Part shown: one piece after another, positions 1 to 13,250 of the stretch
Numbering within the stretch: the first letter of the stretch is position 1
Layout of the letters: the number at the start of each line of letters is the position of its first letter
Assembly: GCF_050320075.1 (NCBI RefSeq)
Contig: NZ_CP190018.1
Origin: Escherichia coli
GTDB taxonomy: Bacteria; Pseudomonadota; Gammaproteobacteria; Enterobacterales; Enterobacteriaceae
DNA length: 64,000 bases
Direction: 5' to 3' (one strand)
The notes under the pieces: model-generated
The model's input: only the letters and a program-made list of their open reading frames with translations
The model's database searches: none
Told to the model about the DNA's origin: nothing
Program-made: the position numbers and the translations under genes

Positions 1-2310
1 GCCGCGCACCTGAGCCAGTTCCTCGCCAAAAGCCGGATACCAGCTGACATCTACCGCCGCTTCCGTCGGGCCATATAGATTATGCAACGGCACGCTGGTT
101 AACTGTTGCCATTCGCGGCATAAATCAGCGGGTAAGGCCTCACCACTACAGAAAACCTGTTTCAACGTCGCGCAATTCTGGCGAGCGGTTTGCGGCGTCA
201 GCGATGCAACAAATGCCGCCAGCATCGACGGCACAAAGTGCGTAGTCGTTACGCCATATTCGGCAAAGAATTGCTGCATAGCGAGCGGGTCGCGGTGCGC
301 TTCCGGTTCAGCCATCACCAGTTTAGCCCCGGCAATAAACGGCCAGAAAAACTCCCACACCGAGACATCAAAACTGCACGGCGTTTTTTGGGCAACGACA
401 TCTTCGCCTGTAAGCGGGTAGTGGTTTTGCATCCAAAGCAGGCGGTTAACGATAGCCGTCTGCCCGACCATTACCCCTTTCGGCCTGCCGGTGGAGCCAG
501 AGGTAAAGATGATATAAGCCGTGTGGTGCGGTTGTGAAAGTTTCAGCGGCGCACTGCCCTGCGGTGTAAGCGGGGCGTTATAGCAAAGGCGGGTTAAATC
601 TGGAACATCGGCAAAGCGCGGCAGTTGATCGTCGGTGGTGATTAACAGCGACGGACGCGCATCTTCCAGCATCATTTTCAGGCGATCGTCCGGATAGCCG
701 GTATCCAGCGGTAACCAGGCCGCACCAGCCTCAACAATTGCATGTAGCGCCAGAGTCAAAAAGACCGAGCGCGGTAGCGCCACCGCCACGCTGTCGCCTG
801 GTTTAACGCCGCGCTCACGCAGCAGATTCGCCAGCGCCACCACCTGCTCGCGCATTTCCCGATAGCTAAACTGGTAACTCGCATCAACCAGCGCCGGAGC
901 ATGCGGTGTTTTTGCCGCCTGTTCCGCCACCAGCGCGCTCAGCGTGGTTTCTGGAATCTCAACCTGAGTGGCGTTGATCTGCGCCAGCTGCACATATTCA
1001 CCTGGCAGCATAATATCGACATCGCCGCACAACAGCGCCGGATCCGCGGCGAACTGGGCAATCAGCATTTTCAGGCGTTCAGCGTGTTGAATTAACGTTG
1101 GCTCATCGTAACGCTGTTTATTGGCGAGGATCTCAATACTCAAATCACCGTGTTCATCCGGGAACAGTGCCAGTTCAAGGTCATTAACCGGACCGGTTGC
1201 CAGGGTATGGGTTTGCGCCTGAACACCAGGAATATCCAGTTGGTAATCAAATACCTTGATATTGAGTACCGGACCAAACAGCGGTTCATCACCTGCCGCT
1301 CGCCCGCTGTCACGGACAATTTGTTCGGCATCGTAACGTTGATGACGACGCATTTTTTTCAGTTGTGCTGCCAGTCGGGTTGCCAGTTGCGGCAGCGTTT
1401 CTTGCGCCTCAATATGAATACCCAACGGCAAAACGTTGAGCACGGGTCCGGTAGCCGTCAGCGCCGCCGAGCCCAGTCGACGCATAAAGATAAATCCGGC
1501 GGCGTAGTCCATGCGATTGCACAATCGCCCCAGCCATAAGGCCACCAGCGCAAGGGCTAAATCGGTACGCTGCACACCTGAAAGTTGCGTAGCCAGCTGG
1601 CGGAATTCCCCGTCAGTAAATTCCAGTTTCAGGCGAAGAATATCTGCCGAAGCGCTGCGCCCCGGTAAAGGTGCCGGAGAAAGTGACGCGGGCGGCGGCA
1701 ATTGACGACGCTGTTCCGCCCAGAATGCCGCATCACGCTGCCAGGCTTCGCTTTCGCGGTATTGCTGGTACTCTTCCACTACATCAGCGAAAGGCGTAAA
1801 CGGCGAAGCAGGCGTTGGTTCGCCACGCAGCCATGCGCAGTAAATATTGGCGATCTGGCGGGTAATGGCCGGGAAACTGAAGCCATCGACCAGCAAATGG
1901 TGATAACGCTGATACCAGTACCAGCGGTTATCCGCCACCTGTATCAACTGATGAAAGACCAGTGGTTTACCGCTATCGACGCGCAAATCTTGTTGCAAAT
2001 CCGCCTGCATTAATGCCCGCGCAGTACCGTGCGGATCAATGTTGGTTCGCAGGTCGATAATTTCTGGCAATTCGAACGTCTGCGCATCATCGACCCACTG
2101 CCAGACTTCGCCGTTATCTTCCGTAAAACGCATCCGCAGCGTATCTGCTTGCGCTAATCCGGCAACCACCGCGCGGGCCAGTAATGGCGCATCAACCTCT
2201 CCGGTTAACTCAACGTAATGCGCCACGCTCCAGGCGGAGGGTAAATCCGACAGTTTTTCTGCCATCCAGATGCCGGGCTGTGCGGCGACCAAAGGTAAAT
2301 GCTGGCTCAT
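1..2310 (-). CDS. entF: Enterobactin synthase component F (NRPS), N-terminal part of the gene; 3' end lies beyond the window start
   Basis: Reverse-strand reading frame runs to the window edge; start codon ATG at 2308-2310 (revcomp ...ATGAGCCAGCATTTACC = MSQHLP); synteny with ybdZ-fes-fepA. Overlaps ybdZ stop by 4 nt. Confidence 0.85.
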   Translation of the reverse strand, partial: MSQHLPLVAAQPGIWMAEKLSDLPSAWSVAHYVELTGEVDAPLLARAVVAGLAQADTLRMRFTEDNGEVWQWVDDAQTFELPEIIDLRTNIDPHGTARALMQADLQQDLRVDSGKPLVFHQLIQVADNRWYWYQRYHHLLVDGFSFPAITRQIANIYCAWLRGEPTPASPFTPFADVVEEYQQYRESEAWQRDAAFWAEQRRQLPPPASLSPAPLPGRSASADILRLKLEFTDGEFRQLATQLSGVQRTDLALALVALWLGRLCNRMDYAAGFIFMRRLGSAALTATGPVLNVLPLGIHIEAQETLPQLATRLAAQLKKMRRHQRYDAEQIVRDSGRAAGDEPLFGPVLNIKVFDYQLDIPGVQAQTHTLATGPVNDLELALFPDEHGDLSIEILANKQRYDEPTLIQHAERLKMLIAQFAADPALLCGDVDIMLPGEYVQLAQINATQVEIPETTLSALVAEQAAKTPHAPALVDASYQFSYREMREQVVALANLLRERGVKPGDSVAVALPRSVFLTLALHAIVEAGAAWLPLDTGYPDDRLKMMLEDARPSLLITTDDQLPRFADVPDLTRLCYNAPLTPQGSAPLKLSQPHHTAYIIFTSGSTGRPKGVMVGQTAIVNRLLWMQNHYPLTGEDVVAQKTPCSFDVSVWEFFWPFIAGAKLVMAEPEAHRDPLAMQQFFAEYGVTTTHFVPSMLAAFVASLTPQTARQNCATLKQVFCSGEALPADLCREWQQLTSVPLHNLYGPTEAAVDVSWYPAFGEELAQVRG

Positions 2311-2525
2311 TGTGCCTCCTGCAACTGGGTGAAATTCGTCGGTGTCAGAGTACGCCAGTGGGCTTCCAGCCACTGCTGGCAGGACGCCTGTGACTGCGGC
2401 TGACACACAACGTCCCAGCCTGCCGGTAAGGCGCATTGTTGCGGCCACAGACTGAATTGCCCCTGCGCATTGCGCAAAATGTAAAACGCTCCCTGCGGAT
2501 CATCGAAGGGATTACTGAATGCCAT
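2307..2525 (-). CDS. ybdZ: MbtH-like protein of the enterobactin cluster (72 aa)
   Basis: ORF 2307..2531 translation MAFSNPFDDPQGAFYILRNAQGQFSLWPQQ... recognised as MbtH-like YbdZ; start taken at second Met. Confidence 0.85.
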   Translation of the reverse strand: MAFSNPFDDPQGAFYILRNAQGQFSLWPQQCALPAGWDVVCQPQSQASCQQWLEAHWRTLTPTNFTQLQEAQ

Positions 2526-2527
2526 AT

Positions 2528-3730
2528 TCAACTCCTGTCATGGAAAAGTGGTTGCCAGAGGTCGATTAGCCCCTGCATCAAGCCACCGCGCCAACAAAGC
2601 GCATCATGTCCGCCGTCAACCTGACGCCAGAAAATGGATTCTTTTATGGGGTGTAATTGCGCATACAGCGCCTGATTGGCCCGCATGATCATCGGCTCGC
2701 GAATACCCGCTTCCAGCACAATGCGCAGACCTTCGGCGCTAACTTCACCAGTTTTTAGCTGTTCAAGTAACACGCCCTCTTGCTGCCCGCCTCGATGCGG
2801 CCACCAGTATGATCCTGACTGGCTTAATACACAGCCAAAGCGTTCAGGCCAGTTTAGTCCGGCATACAGCGCGGAAAGCCCACCAAAACTCTGCCCGGCG
2901 ACCACGGTGCGATCGGCGCGATCGCTAAAAGGGGCAATAGCTTTCACCAGGGGTAATAACTCTTGCTGTACTGCCAGCCAGAAATCCGCATTACACGGCA
3001 GTTCGTGGGCGCGGTGCGTGGTGTCGATAGCGTCGATCAACACATACACGGCGGGAGGAAGTTGCTGACGATGGGTCAGCGAAGTCAGCACAGGCCAGAC
3101 GGGCATACTTTGCGCCCAAAATTCGCCATCGAGCAAAACTGCCAGCGGGCGTTCTTCTGCTGTTACATCGCCGGTGGTAAAAATCCATACACGACGTGAA
3201 TTTTTCAACCATTCACTTTTCCAGATAATTTCTTTGGCAGGTGTTTCTGGCGCTTGCGGACAATCCCAACCCGGTTGCAGGGGCGCTTGCGGCATTTCGA
3301 GTGCAGAAACAGCGTGCCCTCGCCCGCCTTTCCAGCTTTGTGGATTCAGCGGATCGGCTATCGCCTGGGGCAATAGTTTTCGCCAGCCTTCACGTAATTC
3401 GAGGCGATCGGGGGATGGTGCAGAAAAAATGTCATCGCGTTCGGTGGGAATAAAACAGTAGCTGCCGCGCCAGTTGGCATTAAGTTGTGTCGTCCACTGC
3501 CAGACGTTGGTACCTGCAATTCGCTGCATCGACTGGGGCTGGCTGTTCTGATGGTGATCGGTCACACCAGTGATGTAGACCCATACGCGCTTTATCGTCG
3601 AGTATTCTTCAGAACCCTGGGGATCACGCCACCAGAAAGTGACCTCAAACATTTCGTCATTCAGACGCTGCCATTCCGGGCCATGTTTCGACTGCCACCA
3701 GCTCTCACTTCCTACTTTTAACGCCGTCAC
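2528..3730 (-). CDS. fes: Ferric enterobactin esterase
   Basis: 400-aa ORF, MTALKVGSESWWQSKHGPEWQRL..., esterase/alpha-beta hydrolase-like C-terminus; divergent from fepA with shared Fur-regulated promoter region. Confidence 0.9.
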   Translation of the reverse strand: MTALKVGSESWWQSKHGPEWQRLNDEMFEVTFWWRDPQGSEEYSTIKRVWVYITGVTDHHQNSQPQSMQRIAGTNVWQWTTQLNANWRGSYCFIPTERDDIFSAPSPDRLELREGWRKLLPQAIADPLNPQSWKGGRGHAVSALEMPQAPLQPGWDCPQAPETPAKEIIWKSEWLKNSRRVWIFTTGDVTAEERPLAVLLDGEFWAQSMPVWPVLTSLTHRQQLPPAVYVLIDAIDTTHRAHELPCNADFWLAVQQELLPLVKAIAPFSDRADRTVVAGQSFGGLSALYAGLNWPERFGCVLSQSGSYWWPHRGGQQEGVLLEQLKTGEVSAEGLRIVLEAGIREPMIMRANQALYAQLHPIKESIFWRQVDGGHDALCWRGGLMQGLIDLWQPLFHDRS

Positions 3731-3774
3731 ACCATAACCCCATGTTTACTGTGAAATTTTTCATTGATTGCAGA

Positions 3775-3812
3775 AATATATTGATAATATTATTGATAAC
3801 TATTTGCATTTG
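3775..3812. promoter_or_regulatory. Fur box(es) in the bidirectional fes / fepA promoter region
   Basis: Sequence ATATATTGATAATATTATTGATAACTATTTGCATT contains tandem GATAAT-type hexamers matching the Fur consensus (GATAATGATAATCATTATC); location between divergently transcribed iron-uptake genes. Confidence 0.6.
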
Positions 3813-3972
3813 CAATAGCGTAATGGCGCGCCGTGGGAAGCGCGGACATTAATTAACCAACTGCACTGCGTGTCTTTCAGGATCAAAGGTTTTCGCGGTA
3901 GCGGGATGCGTCGTGTTGATGACGACCATGCCCGACAGTTGCAATTCGTGGCAAAAATGCAGGAATAAAACA

Positions 3973-6213
3973 ATGAACAAGAAGATTCATTCCCTGGCCT
4001 TGTTGGTCAATCTGGGGATTTATGGGGTAGCACAGGCACAAGAGCCAACCGATACTCCTGTTTCACATGACGATACCATTGTCGTTACCGCCGCCGAGCA
4101 GAACTTGCAGGCACCTGGCGTTTCGACCATCACCGCAGATGAAATCCGCAAAAACCCGGTTGCCCGCGATGTGTCGGAGATCATCCGTACCATGCCAGGC
4201 GTTAACCTGACCGGTAACTCCACCAGTGGTCAGCGTGGGAATAACCGACAGATTGATATTCGCGGCATGGGTCCGGAAAACACGCTGATTTTGATTGACG
4301 GCAAGCCGGTAAGCAGCCGTAACTCGGTGCGTCAGGGCTGGCGTGGCGAGCGCGATACCCGTGGTGATACCTCCTGGGTGCCACCTGAAATGATTGAACG
4401 TATTGAAGTTCTGCGTGGTCCGGCAGCTGCGCGTTATGGCAACGGCGCGGCGGGCGGCGTGGTTAACATCATTACCAAAAAAGGCAGTGGTGAGTGGCAC
4501 GGCTCGTGGGACGCATATTTCAATGCGCCAGAACATAAAGAGGAAGGTGCCACCAAACGCACTAACTTTAGCCTCACCGGTCCGCTGGGCGACGAATTCA
4601 GCTTCCGCTTGTATGGCAACCTCGACAAAACTCAGGCTGACGCGTGGGATATCAACCAGGGCCATCAGTCCGCGCGTGCCGGAACGTATGCCACGACGTT
4701 ACCAGCCGGGCGCGAAGGGGTGATCAATAAAGATATTAACGGCGTGGTGCGCTGGGACTTCGCACCATTACAATCGCTGGAACTGGAAGCAGGTTACAGC
4801 CGCCAGGGTAACCTGTATGCGGGCGATACCCAGAACACCAACTCTGACTCCTATACCCGCTCGAAATATGGCGATGAAACCAACCGTCTGTATCGCCAGA
4901 ACTACTCGCTGACCTGGAACGGCGGCTGGGATAACGGCGTGACCACCAGCAACTGGGTGCAGTACGAACACACCCGTAACTCGCGTATTCCGGAAGGTCT
5001 GGCGGGCGGTACCGAAGGGAAATTTAACGAAAAAGCGACACAGGATTTCGTCGATATCGATCTCGATGACGTGATGCTGCACAGCGAAGTTAACCTGCCG
5101 ATTGATTTCCTCGTTAACCAGACGCTGACGCTGGGTACGGAGTGGAATCAGCAGCGGATGAAGGACTTGAGTTCCAACACCCAGGCGCTCACCGGGACGA
5201 ATACCGGCGGCGCTATTGATGGCGTGAGTGCCACCGACCGTAGCCCGTATTCAAAAGCAGAAATTTTCTCGCTGTTTGCCGAAAACAATATGGAGCTGAC
5301 TGACAGCACCATCGTAACGCCGGGGCTGCGTTTCGATCATCACAGCATTGTTGGCAATAACTGGAGTCCGGCTCTAAACATATCGCAAGGTTTAGGCGAT
5401 GACTTCACGCTGAAAATGGGCATTGCCCGTGCTTATAAAGCGCCGAGTCTGTACCAGACTAACCCAAACTACATTCTCTACAGTAAAGGTCAGGGCTGCT
5501 ATGCCAGCGCGGGCGGCTGCTATCTGCAAGGTAATGATGACCTGAAAGCGGAAACCAGCATCAACAAAGAGATTGGTCTGGAGTTCAAACGCGACGGCTG
5601 GCTGGCGGGTGTGACCTGGTTCCGTAACGATTATCGCAATAAGATTGAAGCGGGCTATGTGGCTGTAGGGCAAAACGCAGTCGGCACCGATCTCTATCAG
5701 TGGGATAACGTACCGAAAGCGGTGGTTGAAGGTCTGGAAGGATCGTTAAACGTACCGGTTAGCGAAACGGTGATGTGGACCAATAACATCACTTATATGC
5801 TGAAGAGTGAAAACAAAACCACGGGCGACCGTTTGTCGATCATCCCGGAGTATACGTTGAACTCAACGCTGAGCTGGCAGGCACGGGAAGATTTGTCGAT
5901 GCAAACAACCTTCACCTGGTACGGCAAGCAGCAGCCGAAGAAGTACAACTATAAAGGTCAGCCAGCGGTTGGACCGGAAACCAAAGAAATCAGTCCGTAC
6001 AGCATTGTGGGTCTGAGCGCGACCTGGGATGTGACGAAGAATGTCAGTCTGACCGGCGGCGTGGACAACCTGTTCGACAAACGTTTGTGGCGTGCAGGTA
6101 ATGCCCAGACCACGGGCGATCTGGCAGGAGCCAACTATATCGCCGGTGCCGGGGCGTATACCTATAACGAGCCGGGACGTACGTGGTATATGAGCATTAA
6201 TACTCACTTCTGA
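3973..6213 (+). CDS. fepA: TonB-dependent ferric enterobactin outer-membrane receptor
   Basis: ORF 3913..6213; start placed at MNKKIHSLALLVNLGIYGVAQA signal peptide; TonB box DTIVVTA near N-terminus; C-terminal aromatic residue (…SINTHF). Confidence 0.95.
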   Translation: MNKKIHSLALLVNLGIYGVAQAQEPTDTPVSHDDTIVVTAAEQNLQAPGVSTITADEIRKNPVARDVSEIIRTMPGVNLTGNSTSGQRGNNRQIDIRGMGPENTLILIDGKPVSSRNSVRQGWRGERDTRGDTSWVPPEMIERIEVLRGPAAARYGNGAAGGVVNIITKKGSGEWHGSWDAYFNAPEHKEEGATKRTNFSLTGPLGDEFSFRLYGNLDKTQADAWDINQGHQSARAGTYATTLPAGREGVINKDINGVVRWDFAPLQSLELEAGYSRQGNLYAGDTQNTNSDSYTRSKYGDETNRLYRQNYSLTWNGGWDNGVTTSNWVQYEHTRNSRIPEGLAGGTEGKFNEKATQDFVDIDLDDVMLHSEVNLPIDFLVNQTLTLGTEWNQQRMKDLSSNTQALTGTNTGGAIDGVSATDRSPYSKAEIFSLFAENNMELTDSTIVTPGLRFDHHSIVGNNWSPALNISQGLGDDFTLKMGIARAYKAPSLYQTNPNYILYSKGQGCYASAGGCYLQGNDDLKAETSINKEIGLEFKRDGWLAGVTWFRNDYRNKIEAGYVAVGQNAVGTDLYQWDNVPKAVVEGLEGSLNVPVSETVMWTNNITYMLKSENKTTGDRLSIIPEYTLNSTLSWQAREDLSMQTTFTWYGKQQPKKYNYKGQPAVGPETKEISPYSIVGLSATWDVTKNVSLTGGVDNLFDKRLWRAGNAQTTGDLAGANYIAGAGAYTYNEPGRTWYMSINTHF

Positions 6214-6252
6214 TGCTAACGTCAGATTGTTGACAAAGTGCGCGTAGTTCAT

Positions 6253-6350
6253 GCCGGATGCGGCGTGAACGCCTTATCCGGCCTACAAAAATCTTGCCAA
6301 TTCAATATATTGCAGGACCACGTAGGCCTGATAAGCGTAGCGCATCAGGC
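6253..6350. repeat. REP (repetitive extragenic palindromic) elements in fepA-entD intergenic region
   Basis: GCCGGATGCGGCGTGAACGCCTTATCCGGCCTAC and inverted GTAGGCCTGATAAGCGTAGCGCATCAGGC copies, classic E. coli REP sequence. Confidence 0.65.
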
Positions 6351-6387
6351 AGTTTTGCGTTTGTCATCAGTCTCTAATATGGTCGAC

Positions 6388-7008
6388 ATGAAAACTACGC
6401 ATACCGCCCTCCCCTTTGCCGGAAATACGCTGCATTTTGTTAAGTTCGATCCGGCGAGTTTTTGTGAGCAGGATTTACTCTGGCTGCCACACTACGCGCA
6501 ACTGCAACACGCTGGACGTAAACGTAAAACAGAGCATTTAGCCGGACGGATCGCTGCAGTTTATGCGCTGCGGGAATATGGCTATAAATGTGTGCCCGCA
6601 ATCGGCGAGCTACGCCAACCTGTGTGGCCTGCGGGGGTATACGGCAGTATTAGCCACTGTGGGGCTACGGCATTAGCCGTGGTATCTCGTCAACCGATTG
6701 GCATTGATATTGAAGAAATTTTTTCTGCGCAAACAGCGGCAGAATTGACAGACAACATTATTACACCAGCAGAACACGAGCGACTCGCAGAATGCGGTTT
6801 AACCTTTTCTCTGGCGCTGACACTGGCATTTTCCGCCAAAGAGAGCGCATTTAAGGCAAGCAAGATACAGGCCGCTCAAGGTTTTCTGGATTATCAGATA
6901 ATTAGCTGGAATAAACAGCAGATCATCATTCGACTAGAGGATGAGCAGTTTGCTGTGCACTGGCAGATAAAAGAAAAAATAGTCATAACGCTGTGCCAAC
7001 ACGATTAA
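6388..7008 (+). CDS. entD: Enterobactin synthase phosphopantetheinyl transferase
   Basis: ORF 6238..7008; start chosen at MKTTHTALPFAGNTLHFVKFDP...; alternative upstream starts exist (MVDM at 6379). Confidence 0.85.
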   Translation: MKTTHTALPFAGNTLHFVKFDPASFCEQDLLWLPHYAQLQHAGRKRKTEHLAGRIAAVYALREYGYKCVPAIGELRQPVWPAGVYGSISHCGATALAVVSRQPIGIDIEEIFSAQTAAELTDNIITPAEHERLAECGLTFSLALTLAFSAKESAFKASKIQAAQGFLDYQIISWNKQQIIIRLEDEQFAVHWQIKEKIVITLCQHD

Positions 7009-7129
7009 TTGACAACATCTGGTACGATTCGCCCGCAGCCATTACTGACCGCGGGCGAAAGTGTAAAGCAGGTGCCTTACCATCCTGACCTGACAACCGG
7101 ATATGCGGGGATTGCTCCCCGCACAACGG

Positions 7130-7282
7130 CTACTTCTTCGGTTCGTAAGCGAGAACAGCCTTAAACTCAATATTACGTTCCTTCACCGTAAACTCACACA
7201 GCGAGTCGCGGACCAGAAGCGTAAATCCCAGCACCGTTAAACACAGCACTATGACTGCCACAAGGGCATATTTCGTCAGCAT
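7130..7282 (-). CDS. hokE: Hok-family small toxic membrane peptide (type I toxin); overlapping mok-like frame at 7194..7382
   Basis: Translation [50 protein letters not shown] is a canonical 50-aa Hok peptide; overlapping reverse-strand ORF in another frame is consistent with mok. Confidence 0.8.
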   Translation of the reverse strand: MLTKYALVAVIVLCLTVLGFTLLVRDSLCEFTVKERNIEFKAVLAYEPKK

Positions 7283-7715
7283 GTTTATATTGCCTCCATG
7301 CGAAGAAGGGACTACCATCCAAATTGTTTGGGTTTGGAGTGGCAGCCCCAGGGTTGATAGAAATATCGTCCTGGGGCTTCATCTTTCCAGACCTCAGAGT
7401 AAACCTGAAACCGGAAAGCTTCAGGCACCCGCCGTTATCTTACCCTTCCTTAGCAAAATAACTGTTTATTTATACAGTAAGTCCTGTTTCGGACTTCTCA
7501 ATCCTCATTTGATCAACTGAAGCTGAACCCGTTTTTTTCTGCATGCCTCAATCGTCAAAATTCTTCGCCACCAGTCCGCACTGCCATAACTTGTCATATT
7601 GCAAAATGTAGCCAATTTGCTTCAGTCACCATCATCAAAAAAAGAAACATTCCAGAACTTCCGCATCTCGCCCAGTCGCTCCCACTTCTATACTGAATAG
7701 AAAACGCCAACATAA

Positions 7716-8843
<1,128 letters not shown>

Positions 8844-8908
8844 GCCGGGAATTGCCTTACAGAAGAATATCCCTGACAATGGTGTTTTAACTTACATTTA
8901 ACAATGTT

Positions 8909-9157
8909 ATGAAACACCCTTTAGAAACCTTGACCACCGCAGCAGGCATTTTGCTGATGGCTTTCCTTTCTTGCCTGCTGCTACCCGCCCCCGCACTGGG
9001 GCTGACGCTGGCACAAAAACTGGTGACCATGTTCCATCTGATGGATCTTAGCCAGCTTTACACTTTATTGTTTTGTCTGTGGTTTTTAGTGCTGGGCGCT
9101 ATTGAGTATTTTGTTCTGCGCTTTATCTGGCGACGCTGGTTCTCGCTGGCGGATTAA
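8909..9157 (+). CDS. ybdJ: Small inner-membrane protein (DUF1158)
   Basis: 82-aa hydrophobic ORF; position between ybdK and ybdF. Confidence 0.75.
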
Positions 9158-9221
9158 ACGTCGATTATCGCCGTACTTCGCGGCATACTTTGCTTATTCT
9201 CCTTCGCCTAAAGGAACGTTT

Positions 9222-9590
9222 ATGGATAAGCAATCACTGCACGAAACGGCGAAACGCCTGGCCCTTGAGTTACCCTTTGTCGAGCTTTGCTGGCCTTTTG
9301 GCCCGGAGTTCGATGTTTTTAAAATTGGCGGCAAGATTTTTATGCTGTCGTCGGAGCTGCGCGGCGTCCCCTTTATCAATCTGAAGTCCGATCCACAAAA
9401 ATCCCTGTTAAATCAGCAAATATATCCGAGCATTAAGCCAGGGTATCACATGAATAAAAAGCACTGGATTTCGGTGTATCCCGGAGAGGAAATCTCCGAA
9501 GCGTTACTTCGCGATCTGATCAACGATTCGTGGAATCTGGTGGTTGATGGTCTGGCTAAACGCGATCAAAAAAGAGTGCGTCCAGGCTAA
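9222..9590 (+). CDS. ybdF: Conserved protein YbdF (122 aa)
   Basis: ORF 9102..9590; start placed at internal Met [22 protein letters not shown]... giving 122 aa. Confidence 0.8.
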
Positions 9591-9683
9591 AGCGGGAATC
9601 TATAGCGCATTTTTCTCGCTTACCATTTCTCGTTGAACCTTGTAATCTGCTGGCACGCAAAATTACTTTCACATGGAGTCTTT

Positions 9684-10337
9684 ATGGATATCATTTCTGT
9701 CGCCTTAAAGCGTCATTCCACTAAGGCATTTGATGCCAGCAAAAAACTAACCCCGGAACAGGCCGAGCAGATCAAAACTCTCCTGCAATACAGCCCATCC
9801 AGCACCAACTCCCAGCCGTGGCATTTTATTGTTGCCAGCACGGAAGAAGGTAAAGCGCGTGTTGCCAAATCCGCTGCCGGTAATTACGTGTTCAACGAGC
9901 GTAAAATGCTTGATGCCTCGCACGTTGTGGTGTTCTGTGCAAAAACCGCGATGGACGATGCCTGGCTGAAGCTGGTTGTTGACCAGGAAGATGCCGATGG
10001 CCGCTTTGCCACGCCGGAAGCGAAAGCCGCGAACGATAAAGGTCGCAGGTTCTTCGCCGATATGCACCGTAAAGATCTGCATGATGATGCAGAGTGGATG
10101 GCAAAACAGGTTTATCTCAACGTCGGCAACTTCCTGCTCGGCGTGGCGGCGCTGGGTCTGGACGCGGTACCCATCGAAGGTTTTGACGCCGCAATCCTCG
10201 ATGCAGAATTTGGTCTGAAAGAGAAAGGCTACACCAGTCTGGTGGTTGTTCCGGTGGGTCATCACAGCGTTGAAGATTTTAACGCTACGCTGCCGAAATC
10301 TCGTCTGCCGCAAAACATCACCTTAACCGAAGTGTAA
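9684..10337 (+). CDS. nfsB: Oxygen-insensitive NAD(P)H nitroreductase
   Basis: ORF 9633..10337; start at [17 protein letters not shown]..., 217 aa, nitroreductase fold signature. Confidence 0.9.
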   Translation: MDIISVALKRHSTKAFDASKKLTPEQAEQIKTLLQYSPSSTNSQPWHFIVASTEEGKARVAKSAAGNYVFNERKMLDASHVVVFCAKTAMDDAWLKLVVDQEDADGRFATPEAKAANDKGRRFFADMHRKDLHDDAEWMAKQVYLNVGNFLLGVAALGLDAVPIEGFDAAILDAEFGLKEKGYTSLVVVPVGHHSVEDFNATLPKSRLPQNITLTEV

Positions 10338-10396
10338 TTCTCTCTTGCCGGGCATCTGCCCGGCTATTTCCCCTCAGATTCTCCTGATTTGCATAA

Positions 10397-11692
<1,296 letters not shown>

Positions 11693-11693
11693 T

Positions 11694-11734
11694 TAAAAAA
11701 ACCGCTCTTATCGAATGGATGAGAGCGGTTTCGG
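11694..11734. terminator. Candidate bidirectional rho-independent terminator between convergent ybdG and pheP
   Basis: A-tract (AAAAAAA) + hairpin ACCGCTCTTATC-GAATG-GATGAGAGCGGT + TTT; sits between two convergent genes. Confidence 0.5.
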
Positions 11735-11772
11735 ATGGTTGACATCATTTTGTCGGATACGGCGTGAATGCC

Positions 11773-13149
11773 TTATTTCCGACGCAGCGTTTTAAACGCT
11801 ACAAACAGGAATACAATCCACACTGGCAGCAGAATCGCTGACAAGCGCATATCATCCATCGTGCACATCAGCAGCAAAATCATGCCGAGGAAGGCAATGC
11901 AGAGATAGTTGCCGAACGGATAAAGCAGCGCCTTAAACTGTGTTTCACGTCCCTGACGTCGCATCGCCGCGCGAAAACGCAGATGCGCCAGGCAGATCAT
12001 AATCCAGTTCAACAGCAGCGTTGCTACCACCAGCGCCATCAGCAGACCAAACGCTTTTTGCGGCAGCAGATAGTTGATTAACACCACCAGCGAAGTGATC
12101 GCTCCGGAAAGCATCAGCGAGTTAATCGGCACGCCGCGACGGCTGACGCGAGTCAAAAACTTCGGCGCATTACCCTGCACAGAAAGGCCAAACAGCATGC
12201 GGCTGTTAGAGTAAACCCCGCTGTTATACACCGATAATGATGCTACCAGAATGACGAAGTTCAGCGCAGAAGCTACCACGTTGCTGTCGAGATTATGGAA
12301 AATCATCACAAAAGGGCTACTGTTGGATTTCACTTCCACCCACGGATAGAGTGCCAGTAAAACCACCAGTGAACCGATATAAAACAGCAGGATGCGATAC
12401 ACCACCTGATTCACTGCTTTCGGGATGCTTTTTTCCGGATCGCGCGCTTCTGCCGCAGTAATCCCAATCAGCTCCAGACCGCCGAAGGAGAACATAATTA
12501 CCGCCAGCGACAAAATCAGCCCATTCCAGCCGGTGGCGAAGAAACCACCGTAGCGCCAGAGGTTGTCGATACTGGCTTTTTCGCCGCCGTGCCCAGAAAA
12601 CAGCAGCCACAGGCCAAAGCCGATCATACCGATGATCGCCAGCACTTTAATCAGCGCAAACCAGAATTCGGTTTCGCCATATAAGCGCACGTTTACCAGG
12701 TTAACGGCGTTGATGATAATAAAGAAGGCGGCAGCCCAAATCCACGTTGGAACATCCGGGAACCAGTACTGCATATAGATGCCCGCAGCGGTCAGCTCTG
12801 CCATTCCCACCAGCACGAACATCACCCAGTAGTTCCAGCCAGAGAGGAAGCCCGCAAACGGTCCCCAGTATTTATAGGCAAAGTGGGCAAATGAACCAGA
12901 TACCGGCTCTTCGACCACCATCTCGCCGAGCTGGCGCATAATCAGGAAAGCGATGATCCCGGCGACGCCGTAGCCCAGCAATACAGCCGGACCCGCCATC
13001 TGAATCGCCGGGCCAATGCCAAGAAACAGACCAGTACCAATTGCGCCACCCAGCGCAATCAGTTGAATATGACGGTTATGTAATCCGCGATGAAGCGTCG
13101 GCTCTTGATTCGACGCAGTATCTTCCGATACGGTTGACGCGTTTTTCAC
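11773..13149 (-). CDS. pheP: Phenylalanine-specific permease (APC family)
   Basis: ORF 11773..13185; likely GTG start corresponding to ...KNASTVSEDTASNQEPTLHRGLHNRHIQLIALGGAIGTGLF; 12 TM amino acid transporter. Confidence 0.9.
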   Translation of the reverse strand: MKNASTVSEDTASNQEPTLHRGLHNRHIQLIALGGAIGTGLFLGIGPAIQMAGPAVLLGYGVAGIIAFLIMRQLGEMVVEEPVSGSFAHFAYKYWGPFAGFLSGWNYWVMFVLVGMAELTAAGIYMQYWFPDVPTWIWAAAFFIIINAVNLVNVRLYGETEFWFALIKVLAIIGMIGFGLWLLFSGHGGEKASIDNLWRYGGFFATGWNGLILSLAVIMFSFGGLELIGITAAEARDPEKSIPKAVNQVVYRILLFYIGSLVVLLALYPWVEVKSNSSPFVMIFHNLDSNVVASALNFVILVASLSVYNSGVYSNSRMLFGLSVQGNAPKFLTRVSRRGVPINSLMLSGAITSLVVLINYLLPQKAFGLLMALVVATLLLNWIMICLAHLRFRAAMRRQGRETQFKALLYPFGNYLCIAFLGMILLLMCTMDDMRLSAILLPVWIVFLFVAFKTLRRK

Positions 13150-13250
13150 GCCTTTCCCCTGTGTGTCTTTATTGTTGAGGGGCACCTTTTAACATTTAGT
13201 GCCCATCGTCGCAAGACACAATCCACACGGTTAAACCGGGTATCCTGCTT

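Noticed and set aside
190-2013. Plus-strand ORFs (64-129 aa) at the window start
   Set aside because: All are antisense or out of frame relative to the entF reverse-strand coding sequence that spans the region.
13150-13250. Hairpin (GGGGCACC...GTGCCC) between cusA 3' end and pheP start as a cusA terminator
   Set aside because: The stem is short and is not followed by a convincing U-tract on the transcribed strand; insufficient support to annotate.
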